Shown here: positions 18,084 to 27,963 of the stretch, in pieces
Layout of the letters: each line of letters begins with the position of its first letter
How positions within the stretch are numbered: the stretch's first letter is position 1
Source: Candidatus Thorarchaeota archaeon SMTZ1-45
Lineage (GTDB): Archaea; Asgardarchaeota; Thorarchaeia; Thorarchaeales; Thorarchaeaceae
Direction of reading: 5' to 3'
Assembly (NCBI GenBank): GCA_001563335.1
Contig: LRSL01000098.1
Location: 1-38,520 of the forward strand
DNA length: 38,520 bases
Position numbers and translations under genes: made by a program
Notes under the pieces: model-generated
Seen by the model: only the letters and a program-made list of their open reading frames with translations
Databases searched by the model: none
What the model was told of the DNA's origin: nothing

Positions 18084-19502
18084 GTGGGCAATTTGAACGA
18101 AGAAGAAAGTGAAAAATTAGTAGAGAATGTACTTCCTCTACGCGATCTATTTCACTTTGCACACTTTTCTAGGTTTTATCGTCTATATGTCCCAGCATCT
18201 ATTCTAGTAGGCGTGGCATGTGGGCTATTCATGGTTTTGTTCCAAGTTCTTATTGACGCAGCAACTTTTGCGTTCTCTGTTCTACCACTTTTCATTGCTC
18301 CTCTAATTGGGGGAGCTTTTTCAGGTGTCCTCATACACTATGGAAGAAGGGAAATCCAAGGAAGTGGTATTTCTAAAGCAATTGAGATGACACACAAACC
18401 AAGTTCACTCAGAAAAGGAACAACAATCACAAAACTAGTTGCGACATCAGTTTCCATAGGATCTGGAAATCCTGTGGGTCGTGAAGGGCCTGCGGTACTA
18501 ATTGGAGCTGGAGTCGGGAATACTATTGGTAGGAAACTTGGTTTCCATGAAGATTCCCATCTCAGAGTTTTTCTAATGATGGGCTCAGCTGCAGCGACAG
18601 CAGGTATCTACATGGCTCCCCTTGGAGGCGCGCTATTTGCTACAGAAGCTCCATACAGAAGAGATGCTCGACTAGGTTATTTTGTACCTACTGTAATTGC
18701 AGCATTGAGTTCTTTTGTAGTCTTCATTGGTCTCTATCCTCTAATTACAGGAAATGGAGCTGGACCACTATTCACATTTAGCGCTACCTTCAGTTTCTCT
18801 CTTGCAACAGTTCCTCTGCTGGTAGTCTTTGGTGTTATTGCAGGTCTCATTTCAATTCTCTTTGCAGTAAGCCTTATGGCTACTCGTAATTTTTTCACGC
18901 TGAAGCTTCCTGACTGGGTAGATCCAATATTCGGGTCATTGCTTGCTTGTGTTGTTATCTTTGTTACTTCACTTTTTGTTGATCCTTCTTTAACGATAGC
19001 TGGATTAGGATATGATGTGATTAACACACTAGCCTCACATCCAGAATCTCTTCTAGTGATTATGATTCTGCTTTTTGGAAAACTGTTTGCTTCGTCCTTT
19101 GTAGTTGCAGGGCGGGTTTCTGGAGGAGTCCTGGCTCCCTCCTTATTTGTTGGCGCTATGTTGGGGTCCTTTTTTGGTGAGATTTTCTTCCCCGCCAATG
19201 TCCCAGCGTTCATGGTGTTGGGAATGGGTGCAGTTCTAGCTGCTACAACAAACACTCCTGTGGCAACAACCATTATGATGCTTGAAATGAGTTTGTCTTT
19301 TGATCTTGTTATTCCACTAGTAATCTGTATCTGTGTTTCTTATTTGGTGAGTGGCGGCACCTCATTATACGAAGGTCAAAAAGTCAGTAGAGATGACGAA
19401 GAACCCGGTTTCTATGCCAATGTTCTTCATCCAAAAGAACTTGAGTATGAAAAAGTAGATGAGGAAATGGATGCAAGTCCTGATGAAACCAATATACTTT
19501 GA
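18084..19502 (+). CDS. CLC-family chloride channel/transporter (no CBS domains)
   Basis: GSGIS, GREGP, APLGGALFATE, SGGVLAPSL, NTPVATTIMMLEM and SLY. Confidence 0.93.
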   Translation: MGNLNEEESEKLVENVLPLRDLFHFAHFSRFYRLYVPASILVGVACGLFMVLFQVLIDAATFAFSVLPLFIAPLIGGAFSGVLIHYGRREIQGSGISKAIEMTHKPSSLRKGTTITKLVATSVSIGSGNPVGREGPAVLIGAGVGNTIGRKLGFHEDSHLRVFLMMGSAAATAGIYMAPLGGALFATEAPYRRDARLGYFVPTVIAALSSFVVFIGLYPLITGNGAGPLFTFSATFSFSLATVPLLVVFGVIAGLISILFAVSLMATRNFFTLKLPDWVDPIFGSLLACVVIFVTSLFVDPSLTIAGLGYDVINTLASHPESLLVIMILLFGKLFASSFVVAGRVSGGVLAPSLFVGAMLGSFFGEIFFPANVPAFMVLGMGAVLAATTNTPVATTIMMLEMSLSFDLVIPLVICICVSYLVSGGTSLYEGQKVSRDDEEPGFYANVLHPKELEYEKVDEEMDASPDETNIL

Positions 19503-19615
19503 ATTCTTTCATGTATTTACGAAGATTAATAGGCAAAGATAGGCATATTGCGAGCAAATAGGGAGATTGGTAAGTCCAATTCAAGTCTAAGTGGAAATCA
19601 AAGGAGGATGAGTCT

Positions 19616-22252
19616 TTGCAGAGGAAAGTAATAAGCACGCTTATTGTTCTATGTATACTTCTATCAAGTGTTCCTGTTCTTCTCTATCTTGTTCCAAATG
19701 ATGAAGTACAAATATCTACTGTGGAAACAGTCGGTATTGACTTCGAGGTTCTGGCTGAGGTTTATGGAGAACAGATTCCAGTTGTAGCCCGCTTTGATCA
19801 AGGTATGCCGACAACTCTACGAAAAATCATTTCATCTCTTCATATTGAGTTCTGTCTTGGGAGTGCAAGCAAGAGCCACATCGGTCCATATTATTTATTG
19901 AAAGGAGCTTCACGAAATCTGCAAGCATTAGCTAATATGGGAATTGTCAGTGAAATTGCTCCCCAAACACACGCACAATTCTTGGAAACCCCTCGAGATG
20001 TTTCCATTCCAGAAATCAATGCAGATAATGTCTGGATGATGCTGGATGATTTGAGCAGAAATGTCACAGGTCAAGATATTCTCATTGCTGATCTTGATTC
20101 CGGGGTTGATTGGAGACATCCTGACCTATGGTTTGCTGATGGTGGTCAATACTCTTGGTTTGACCAGGTTTCAAATGGTCAGCTGGATAATGGTACTGAT
20201 GGTATTGATATCTCACCAGATGGAATAATCATGCCGGATGAAGCCCTCTATTTTCTTGACTTGGATAATAATGGTGTTTTCAATGTTCGAAGAGAATGGG
20301 TATGGTTGGATAATATAACTCAGAATGCCTTTCCTGATATAGGTGAACCTTTCTTTGTCGTGAATGACACATCTGGTGATGGACTTCTTGATCTTGGAGA
20401 ACCGTTAGTTATGTTGGGAACTCCTAAAACCAAATACATCTTTGAAAAAGATGGCAATCCCTCCCCAAGTGTTCAAATGTGGGCGCGCGGTGTAAACCTT
20501 ACATCAAGTACACACACTGACGATAGTCAATTCGGTGGTGGTCATGGGACTGCGGTTGCTGGCATACTTCTTGGTGGACAGATTGGTTATCGCGATTATA
20601 TCGGGGTGGCACCTGATGCTGAACTCATGATGATTCGGGTCATAGGAGATCAATTCACTTGGTTGTCAATCGAGGAAGGACTTGCTATAGCAAACAGCAC
20701 TGGAGCTGATGTCATCCTGACTGAAATTGGATCGTGGACATACGAATATCTTGATGGCAGCTCTCTAGTAGAACAGATGATTGACCTTTTGGTTGCAGCT
20801 GGTATTCCGGTAATTTCTCCAAGTGGAAATCTTGGAGGAAAAGACAAACATGCAATGATTAATACAGCTCCAGATGTTCCTCATCTGATTGATTTCTCAG
20901 TCCCAGTCGCAGACGGTCTTCTTGTCCCTGAAGACATTGCAGAGGTCTATATAACAGTTCTAACTATTGATCCCACTGATTTCATCTCAAGCAATTTCAG
21001 TCTGTGGATTAATGGTACAACAATCTACCTTCATCCAGGTGTCGGGGAAGGAATGTGGTTCAAAGAGAGTGGCATTATTTCTGGAATCAATATAGAATCA
21101 TATACCTCAATCTCAGCAAGAGGAACGAAAATGCTTGCAGTCTGGTTGTATGGGTCCCTTCCAACAACGCCACCAGCCCCATTCTATCGACTCAATATCT
21201 CAACACCTGATTCCGCGATAGTCCATGCATACATTTCTGATGATCAGAGCGGTTGGACTGGCGGTTGTGTATGGATAAATGATATTGTTGATAGTCACCA
21301 TATTACTTGGCCATCCACAGCTGACCGTACTATCAGCGTAGCAAGCTATAGAACACGAAATCTAGTCGGCGGAGGGACCATTGGTGATCGAGCAGATTTC
21401 TCGTCACGTGGTCCAAGGATTGATGGCCTCAATAAACAGAACGTTGCAGCGCCTGGTGGGTATGACATTATCTCTGATTATGCAAATGGCTCTGCTTGGG
21501 ATACTTGGTACAATGGTTATGGATCTCTACCTTTTCAAAAGCAATTTGGAAGTTATCGGTTGTTTAGCGGAACGAGCGCTTCCGGTCCTCATGTAGCAGG
21601 AGCAGTTGCACTATTGCTCCAAAACAACTCCACAATGGGAGATCAAATGCAAGTAATAATCGAATCAACAGCTAGAAGTGATGGGTTCACTGGAATTGTA
21701 CCAAATGCTGATTGGGGTGGTGGAAAACTCGATGTGGAATCTGCATTACTTTCATTAATGCCTGGTCCTGATATTGAAGGTCCTGTGATTGGGAGTCATG
21801 ATCGTACTCCTTTTACTCCAAACTCCACTCAGTCTGTTCTGTTGAATGTCACCGTTACAGATGTATCCGGAGTAGACACAGTTATTCTCTCATACTACAA
21901 TGGCACTTGGTACAACAATACAATGACTCTAATTGGCTCATTCTATATTGGTACAATCCCTGCACATCCAAACGGGACTCCAATTAGCTACAGATTCTAT
22001 GCAAATGACACAATTGGTAATTGGTCGGTGTCCTCAATGTTTGGCTATACTGTTACAGATCCCCCACCAACCACAACAACAACTACTGGACCTACAACAA
22101 CATCAGCTACTACAACTCCGACAACTGGTGGTCCGACTACAACATCACCTCCTCCAGAAGAACCAGATTATCTTCGTTTAGCATTGATTCTTAGCATAAT
22201 ACTTGCTTTGATTATTCTGGCTGCTGTTTGTAGTCGAAGGAGGTCACGATGA
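19616..22252 (+). CDS. Membrane-anchored S8 subtilisin-like serine protease
   Basis: Triad DLDSG / HGTAVAG / GTSASGP, N-terminal signal, Thr/Pro linker, C-terminal TM followed by RRRSR. Confidence 0.9.
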   Translation: MQRKVISTLIVLCILLSSVPVLLYLVPNDEVQISTVETVGIDFEVLAEVYGEQIPVVARFDQGMPTTLRKIISSLHIEFCLGSASKSHIGPYYLLKGASRNLQALANMGIVSEIAPQTHAQFLETPRDVSIPEINADNVWMMLDDLSRNVTGQDILIADLDSGVDWRHPDLWFADGGQYSWFDQVSNGQLDNGTDGIDISPDGIIMPDEALYFLDLDNNGVFNVRREWVWLDNITQNAFPDIGEPFFVVNDTSGDGLLDLGEPLVMLGTPKTKYIFEKDGNPSPSVQMWARGVNLTSSTHTDDSQFGGGHGTAVAGILLGGQIGYRDYIGVAPDAELMMIRVIGDQFTWLSIEEGLAIANSTGADVILTEIGSWTYEYLDGSSLVEQMIDLLVAAGIPVISPSGNLGGKDKHAMINTAPDVPHLIDFSVPVADGLLVPEDIAEVYITVLTIDPTDFISSNFSLWINGTTIYLHPGVGEGMWFKESGIISGINIESYTSISARGTKMLAVWLYGSLPTTPPAPFYRLNISTPDSAIVHAYISDDQSGWTGGCVWINDIVDSHHITWPSTADRTISVASYRTRNLVGGGTIGDRADFSSRGPRIDGLNKQNVAAPGGYDIISDYANGSAWDTWYNGYGSLPFQKQFGSYRLFSGTSASGPHVAGAVALLLQNNSTMGDQMQVIIESTARSDGFTGIVPNADWGGGKLDVESALLSLMPGPDIEGPVIGSHDRTPFTPNSTQSVLLNVTVTDVSGVDTVILSYYNGTWYNNTMTLIGSFYIGTIPAHPNGTPISYRFYANDTIGNWSVSSMFGYTVTDPPPTTTTTTGPTTTSATTTPTTGGPTTTSPPPEEPDYLRLALILSIILALIILAAVCSRRRSR
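22061..22156 (+). repeat. Low-complexity Thr/Pro-rich linker (probable glycosylated stalk)
   Basis: PPPTTTTTTGPTTTSATTTPTTGGPTTTSPPP just before the TM anchor. Confidence 0.7.
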
Positions 22253-22372
22253 CAAGAATGATGAAAAAGATAGATATCTATTACTTTTTTACTTCATATG
22301 CAACCTGAGCAGGTCTTATATGAGCTTAGTATATTGCGAAATCGAAGACAAATCAAACAAAAGGTATCGACT

Positions 22373-22708
22373 ATGAAGCAACTCGGGGAATTTGTACTCG
22401 ACTTGGGGCATAAGAAACGAATGCCTGTAGAAGTTCTAGTCGATAATGACAATACACTCATTCTCATTGACTGTAATTGCTGCGAAGAATTCATTTCAAG
22501 AAGACTTCCTGGGGGAGTTCTTATTCCCATTGCTACTGCATTGAAGACTTTCTTTGAGAGTCGTGGAATGAGAAATATCGATGTCAATGTGAGTGGGCTT
22601 CTAATGCGTCGAACATACAAAGGTATCATGAATGAAGCTGACTTACCTGAAATGACAAAGGAACTTGAAAACGCTGTCAGCAAGTTTACTAAGAAACGAA
22701 AGAGATGA
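22373..22708 (+). CDS. Hypothetical protein
   Basis: Protein-like ORF from ATG 22373 containing DCNCCEE and a basic C-terminus. Confidence 0.65.
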   Translation: MKQLGEFVLDLGHKKRMPVEVLVDNDNTLILIDCNCCEEFISRRLPGGVLIPIATALKTFFESRGMRNIDVNVSGLLMRRTYKGIMNEADLPEMTKELENAVSKFTKKRKR

Positions 22709-22714
22709 TAGAAA

Positions 22715-22737
22715 GGAGAGAGTTTGGTTCTCTCTCC
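22715..22737. terminator. 8-bp hairpin between convergent genes
   Basis: ggagagag-tttggtt-ctctctcc. Confidence 0.5.
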
Positions 22738-22746
22738 GAACTAGTT

Positions 22747-23841
22747 TCACTGATTCTCAGCTTGAAACTCTTTGAGATATTCAGCCAATTTCTTAACTCC
22801 CTCTAAAGGCATTGCATTGTAGATTGAAGCTCGCATTCCTCCAACTGAACGGTGCCCCTTCAAACCGATTAAGCCTCTTACTGTTCCACCCTTGACACAT
22901 TTGTCTTCTAACTCAGGTGAAGCCATTGTGAATGTGATATTCATAAGAGATCTTGAATCCTCTCTGGCGTGGCCTTTGTAAAATCCATCTGAAGAGTCAA
23001 TTACATCATAGATAACTTCTGCTTTCTCTACATTTCTCTTTTCTAATTCTTTTACTCCTCCAATTTCCTTCATGTAATCCAATGCAAGTTTGCAAATATA
23101 GATTGGAAACACTGGAGGTGTATTATACAAAGAATCATTCTCTGCATGAGTTTTCCATTTTTGCATTGTTGGAGCTCGCTCTGGAACTCTATCAAGTAGG
23201 TCCTCTCTAACAATTACTAAAGTTACTCCAGCAGGTCCAAGATTCTTTTGAGCTCCCGCATAGATTACACCAAATTCTTTGACATTGATTGGTCTATCCA
23301 TAATACTAGATGACATATCACTAACAAGGGGTACATCTTTCGGTACTTTTGGCATATATCCCCACTCGGTTCCATATAGTGTGTTGTTGCTTGTGATATG
23401 TGCGAATGCAATGTCTTCACTAAACTCTACATTCTTGGGAATATAGGAGAAATTCTCTTCTTCAGATGAAGCGATTACTTCTACATCTCCAAAATGCTTT
23501 GCTTCTTTGATTGCCTTAGTTGACCAGCCACCTGTATTTACATATTCCATCACCTTACCTTGCTGTTGCAAGTTCAAAGGCACCATGAAGAACTGAGTTG
23601 ACGCTCCACCGCTCAACCAGAGGACTTTGTACTCCTGTGGAACTCCCATTAATTCTCTCACGAGATTTGTTGCGTCAGTCATTACTTTCTCCCATTCCTT
23701 TGATCGATGGGAGATTTCTATGACGGACATGCCAGTTCCTGCAAAATCCAAAAATTCTTCCCTTGCCCTTTCAAGGACCGGCAAAGGAAGTGTTGCAGGG
23801 CCCGGATAGAAATTAAACACTCTCTTTGTCATTATGTTCAC
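22747..23841 (-). CDS. serC: Phosphoserine aminotransferase
   Basis: FNFYPGPATLP, EISHRS, GGASTQF, DMSS, GAQKNLGPAG, YNTPP and GHRSVGGMRASIYNA. Confidence 0.96.
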   Translation of the reverse strand: MNIMTKRVFNFYPGPATLPLPVLERAREEFLDFAGTGMSVIEISHRSKEWEKVMTDATNLVRELMGVPQEYKVLWLSGGASTQFFMVPLNLQQQGKVMEYVNTGGWSTKAIKEAKHFGDVEVIASSEEENFSYIPKNVEFSEDIAFAHITSNNTLYGTEWGYMPKVPKDVPLVSDMSSSIMDRPINVKEFGVIYAGAQKNLGPAGVTLVIVREDLLDRVPERAPTMQKWKTHAENDSLYNTPPVFPIYICKLALDYMKEIGGVKELEKRNVEKAEVIYDVIDSSDGFYKGHAREDSRSLMNITFTMASPELEDKCVKGGTVRGLIGLKGHRSVGGMRASIYNAMPLEGVKKLAEYLKEFQAENQ

Positions 23842-25173
23842 CTACTCCAGTTTGTTAATTGTGAATCCAGTCCAGACCTTGGGCTGGAAGAATGTACTTT
23901 TTTGAGGCATGCATTCGAAATTTTTCGAAACAGCTTCGACTTCATTGACTCTTGTTGGATTCATAAAGAAAACGGCTTGACCATCTTCTTGAACCGTTTT
24001 GATTGATTCCTCCACAGCATCACCTATTCCTTTGATGTAACTCACATAACCTCCTCCCTTCATTGTACCTTGCTCCAGCTTTTGTTTATCAATACCAAGC
24101 ATTTTGTCTAAAATAAGTGCATGAAGTATGACAACATCAAGCCCTCGTAGTTTCTCTGATTTATCTGGCAAGAGCTCATCCATCATTGATAGATCATTCA
24201 GCGTTAGAACATAGAATTTCCCGTCATTCACAAAAAGACCAAAGGAATGTTTGCCTTCTTGGAATTTCTTATTCATTAATTCAAACATATCTTTTGTTTT
24301 TTGGAATGTTTCAACGTCGAAATATTTGCTGATGTCTTTAAGAAGCCTATTACTTGAAAAGTCATCCAAATTTTGAACAAGTCTATGAGTTGGCAGAACT
24401 ACAAGTCCAGGATTCGATATGTTGACGAAGGTAAGCATTCGGAATTGAGCTGATTCAAGGTCTTGATGCTCTATAGAGAGAGCAAGAGCTGTTTTGTATC
24501 TGTGATGACCATCAGCGATAATGATGTATTTATCCTCCATTAGCTTTACAATTCTGTTCACGTCATCATCATCATCGATTCTCCAGAGTCTATGACGGAT
24601 TCCATCACCATCAATCACATCCCCAATTGGATCTCTTTCCATATGCCTCTCAAGAGTAGAATCGACCTCTCGTTTTGAATCGGGATAAATGACAAAGATC
24701 TGCCCAAAGTTAGCCATACAACTCCTGCATAAGTTTAGTCTATCTTCAATATCCTTTGGGAGAGTTTCTTCGTGCTGAAGAACCCCTACGAATTTCTCAG
24801 TATTCGGTGCAACGGTCGCAAACTCCTCTAGTTCAATCAAACCTATGAAACCAAATCGAAACAATTTCTTACCATCAATTTCAAAGTCTTGTCCATAGAC
24901 ATAGAATGACTCCTTGTCGTCACGAATGAGGATTTCTTCATCAATCCATTTCTTAAGATGGTCTCTTGCTCTTGTGTATTGATTTGATTGTGGTGTGTCA
25001 TTCTCCTGAGCCTTGTTTTTAATTATCCATGCCATATTATATTCGGAAAGTGATTGATATTTATCGATCATGGCGCCCTTGATAATATCATAGGGAGGAG
25101 TCACTAACCTGGACAAACTGCCAGCTTTGGCTTCATTGTATCTATAAGCTCTAAATGGTTTTACACGTACCAT
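23842..25173 (-). CDS. DUF1015 family protein
   Basis: VKPFRAYRY, PPYDII, HEET, IADGHHRY, PTHR and MPQKSTFFQPK. This family commonly neighbours serC. Confidence 0.9.
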   Translation of the reverse strand: MVRVKPFRAYRYNEAKAGSLSRLVTPPYDIIKGAMIDKYQSLSEYNMAWIIKNKAQENDTPQSNQYTRARDHLKKWIDEEILIRDDKESFYVYGQDFEIDGKKLFRFGFIGLIELEEFATVAPNTEKFVGVLQHEETLPKDIEDRLNLCRSCMANFGQIFVIYPDSKREVDSTLERHMERDPIGDVIDGDGIRHRLWRIDDDDDVNRIVKLMEDKYIIIADGHHRYKTALALSIEHQDLESAQFRMLTFVNISNPGLVVLPTHRLVQNLDDFSSNRLLKDISKYFDVETFQKTKDMFELMNKKFQEGKHSFGLFVNDGKFYVLTLNDLSMMDELLPDKSEKLRGLDVVILHALILDKMLGIDKQKLEQGTMKGGGYVSYIKGIGDAVEESIKTVQEDGQAVFFMNPTRVNEVEAVSKNFECMPQKSTFFQPKVWTGFTINKLE

Positions 25174-25358
25174 TGTCTATGTCTCCGATTCAGACCAATT
25201 GATTGCTGAACGCGGCTCTAAGACCCTTTGTCATAAGTCTTTCCTTCTGATAATTCCTCAATTAGAACCTCTCTATGCAAGAAACCTCCCAAACGTCAAA
25301 CTTAAATGAAATTTGGTTACGAAAACGCGAACCTATCAACCTGACGGGGAGATATCAT

Positions 25359-25628
25359 ATGGAATTCTGTGAGAAATGTGGCGCACTCATGCTTCCTAAA
25401 AAAGAAGAAGGAAAGAAGACTGTTACTCTAAAGTGTCGAGAATGTGGGAACGAAAAGTCAGTTCGTTCACCACCAGAATACAAAGTAGAGCACAGAATAA
25501 AACACACTCCGCGTGAAAAAATAATCGTTGTCGAGGAAGAATCTCGACGAATGGATGAGATGACAGAAGACGAGCGTCGTGAGAGGCGCAAGGAAATCTT
25601 GGAGTACTATGAATCCGAAGACGATTAG
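25359..25628 (+). CDS. RpoM/TFS-like protein with an N-terminal zinc ribbon only
   Basis: MEFCEKCGALMLP...LKCRECG, then a charged tail. ATG 25359 follows ggggaga. Confidence 0.8.
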   Translation: MEFCEKCGALMLPKKEEGKKTVTLKCRECGNEKSVRSPPEYKVEHRIKHTPREKIIVVEEESRRMDEMTEDERRERRKEILEYYESEDD

Positions 25629-25748
25629 GTAGCATCGGGTAACCTTAATATCCATTCAAACGATTAGTATACATACCTATCATTAATGGTTGTTTGAATA
25701 CTAACTAATTTTACAATCTCACATCTCCAGAGATTGTATATTCATAAA

Positions 25749-26636
25749 ATGGAGAACCTGAACAAGATGGGAACTAAACTTCATTATGATCATCGTAACT
25801 TTCTACTGAAAAACGGAAATATTGCTGATAAGCTACGCCTTGCATCAGCAGGTAGTGGCCTTTCTGACAAGCAGTTGACAGAACTAATGGATGAAGTAAG
25901 GCTAATACAGAATCAAGATGGTGGGATGCCCTTTAATGTCCTACCTGGAAATCCCAGTTCTGTGAAAGAAACAGCGGAACTACTGGCACTGATAGCTAAA
26001 TACAAAGCTAGATGGCCTGATATTATCGAGGGAATGGTGAAATTTCTCGTTTCACGACAGAAGAATGATGGTGGATTTAGTGAAACCTTGAAACTGGATC
26101 CTTATATTGATGACAAATGGGGAGATATAGGTAGAAAGTGGTACCCTGTCGGAATAAGCGTTACTTGGCTTACAGGAAAAGCACTCGAAGCTTTATGCCT
26201 CGTAGAGTATCACGATGAAGAACGTTTACTGAGAGCTAGAGACTTCCTACTCTACAATCAGAATGAAGATGGTCATTGGCCAGATTACATCGGGCAGAAA
26301 GAATCAGACCCAATCGCGACCGGTAACATTCTTCTTGGATTAGATGCTGTTGGAGTCAATTCAGATAACAAAGTGTATCAAGACGGTCGAGCCGCGCTTC
26401 TTCAACATTTGAAGGACTCGGTTAAGAATGGTTCTACTTTTGATATGGCTGATTTGACTGCGGTAGGTAGTCCAAAATCTGATCTTGAAAATGCGGTCAT
26501 CCGTAGTGGCGTTGAGTTAATAATTCAGAGTCAAAACGAAGATGGTGGTTGGGCGCCAATTGGGTCCAAGAAAAGCGACCCCGAATTGAGCTCTATACTA
26601 GCTTTTGTGGCAAATAAGCTAAATAAATATGCATAA
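25749..26636 (+). CDS. Prenyltransferase/squalene-cyclase (QW) repeat protein
   Basis: Four repeats: QNQDGG, QKNDGGF, QNEDGHW and QNEDGGW. Start uncertain. Confidence 0.8.
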   Translation: MENLNKMGTKLHYDHRNFLLKNGNIADKLRLASAGSGLSDKQLTELMDEVRLIQNQDGGMPFNVLPGNPSSVKETAELLALIAKYKARWPDIIEGMVKFLVSRQKNDGGFSETLKLDPYIDDKWGDIGRKWYPVGISVTWLTGKALEALCLVEYHDEERLLRARDFLLYNQNEDGHWPDYIGQKESDPIATGNILLGLDAVGVNSDNKVYQDGRAALLQHLKDSVKNGSTFDMADLTAVGSPKSDLENAVIRSGVELIIQSQNEDGGWAPIGSKKSDPELSSILAFVANKLNKYA

Positions 26637-27192
26637 CTTGCAAGGTTTTAGCATGCCTGAAGGAGTCATCGCTCTTCTTGAGAAAAACGGCAGGTATATA
26701 GCTGGAGTCTTCACTCCAAGAGGGTTGTATAAAAGTTCTCCTCCGTGTGATACTAAGTTTGCTGCAATCAAGAATGTCAATGGAGAATCCATGCCTCAAG
26801 AGAACAATGCTGAACGTTCAAGCACTCTTGAAATCGTATACGCGGTACATGAGGGCATAAAAAATTTAGCTGTCCATAATGTAAAATTGGACTTCTCAGG
26901 GTTCACACAAAAGCAAGTATCGGTTCTCAAGGTTGTAATGAAGATTCCTTTTGGTTCAACATCGACATACGGTGAAGTTGCTAAAAATGCAGGTCTACCT
27001 GGTGCAGCCAGGTTTGTGGGAAATGTGATGCGGATAAATCGACTCGGACCGATAATTCCTTGCCATCGTGTTGTATCATCAACTGGTTTGGGTGGTTACG
27101 CTGGTGGTATTGACAAGAAAATAGATCTTCTAGCACGAGAAGGAGTGATTCGCGGAGGTTTTTCGCAGAAGGCTTTACAAAGAATTTCATAA
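26629..27192 (+). CDS. ogt: Methylated-DNA-protein-cysteine methyltransferase
   Basis: IPFGSTSTYGEVA, AARFVG, IIPCHRVV, LGGYAGG and LLAREG. Confidence 0.93.
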   Translation: MHNLQGFSMPEGVIALLEKNGRYIAGVFTPRGLYKSSPPCDTKFAAIKNVNGESMPQENNAERSSTLEIVYAVHEGIKNLAVHNVKLDFSGFTQKQVSVLKVVMKIPFGSTSTYGEVAKNAGLPGAARFVGNVMRINRLGPIIPCHRVVSSTGLGGYAGGIDKKIDLLAREGVIRGGFSQKALQRIS

Positions 27193-27223
27193 TGTCTGAT
27201 ATGGGACCATTAAGTTTGGATGC

Positions 27224-27700
27224 GTGAATCCTATGAACTTGAAAGTAAGAAGAAATGGGGATATCGTAGAGTTACGTAAAGTAGAACTTGAAACCTTAAG
27301 TCCTCCATTGTTTAGGACTCTCATCGGTTATAACTCTCTGAAACGTCTTGGTTACTCAATCTCATTCATCCGTCCAAAGAAGAGCTCAAGTGGAGATTTT
27401 GAAAGAATTCGATATAACTTCATTGAGCGGGGGATAATGACCCGTCAGCTCGAGGGTGAACTTGAGCCTGATATGAAACGTGGCATTCTAAACCAACTTC
27501 CTCGAGGGAATTTCTCGATAATTCTTCTCCTTACTCAAGTTCCTAGAAGAGGTGTAAATATCAGACTCGACAAATTTGAGTATGAATTTCTTGGCTGCAT
27601 TCTCATGCGAAATGATGAAACTCTTGATGTTGTTATGAATACCACTCCCACAAGAGATATTCTAATGCCTATGTATGAAACCGATGAAATAGCAGCTTAG
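27224..27700 (+). CDS. Hypothetical protein
   Basis: 158-aa ORF co-oriented with ogt; no motif recognised. Confidence 0.6.
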   Translation: MNPMNLKVRRNGDIVELRKVELETLSPPLFRTLIGYNSLKRLGYSISFIRPKKSSSGDFERIRYNFIERGIMTRQLEGELEPDMKRGILNQLPRGNFSIILLLTQVPRRGVNIRLDKFEYEFLGCILMRNDETLDVVMNTTPTRDILMPMYETDEIAA

Positions 27701-27712
27701 GTGATCTTTCAC

Positions 27713-27868
27713 CTAGATTTTGCTGGTGAATGGAGTCGATCTCTCTTCCAATCTTTTTAATTCGTCACGTTTCTTTTTAGCTCGATATCCTGCAAATGCA
27801 GCTCTTCCTGCGAGGATTAATACTGGTACGATCCACCAAATGATTATCAAAGACATGTCAAATTGCAT
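27713..27868 (-). CDS. Small single-TM protein (51 aa), absent from the ORF track
   Basis: Manual translation: MQFDMSLIIIWWIVPVLILAGRAAFAGYRAKKKRDELKRLEERSTPFTSKI*. It fills the gap between neighbouring genes without overlap. Confidence 0.65.
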   Translation of the reverse strand: MQFDMSLIIIWWIVPVLILAGRAAFAGYRAKKKRDELKRLEERSTPFTSKI

Positions 27869-27963
27869 TCTATTTCAGAAACTCCAAAAATTGAATGAAA
27901 TTAAGGCTACCGTAAGGAGCATTATTTACTTATCTTTATCAGGAACACTTTGTCATTCATTAA

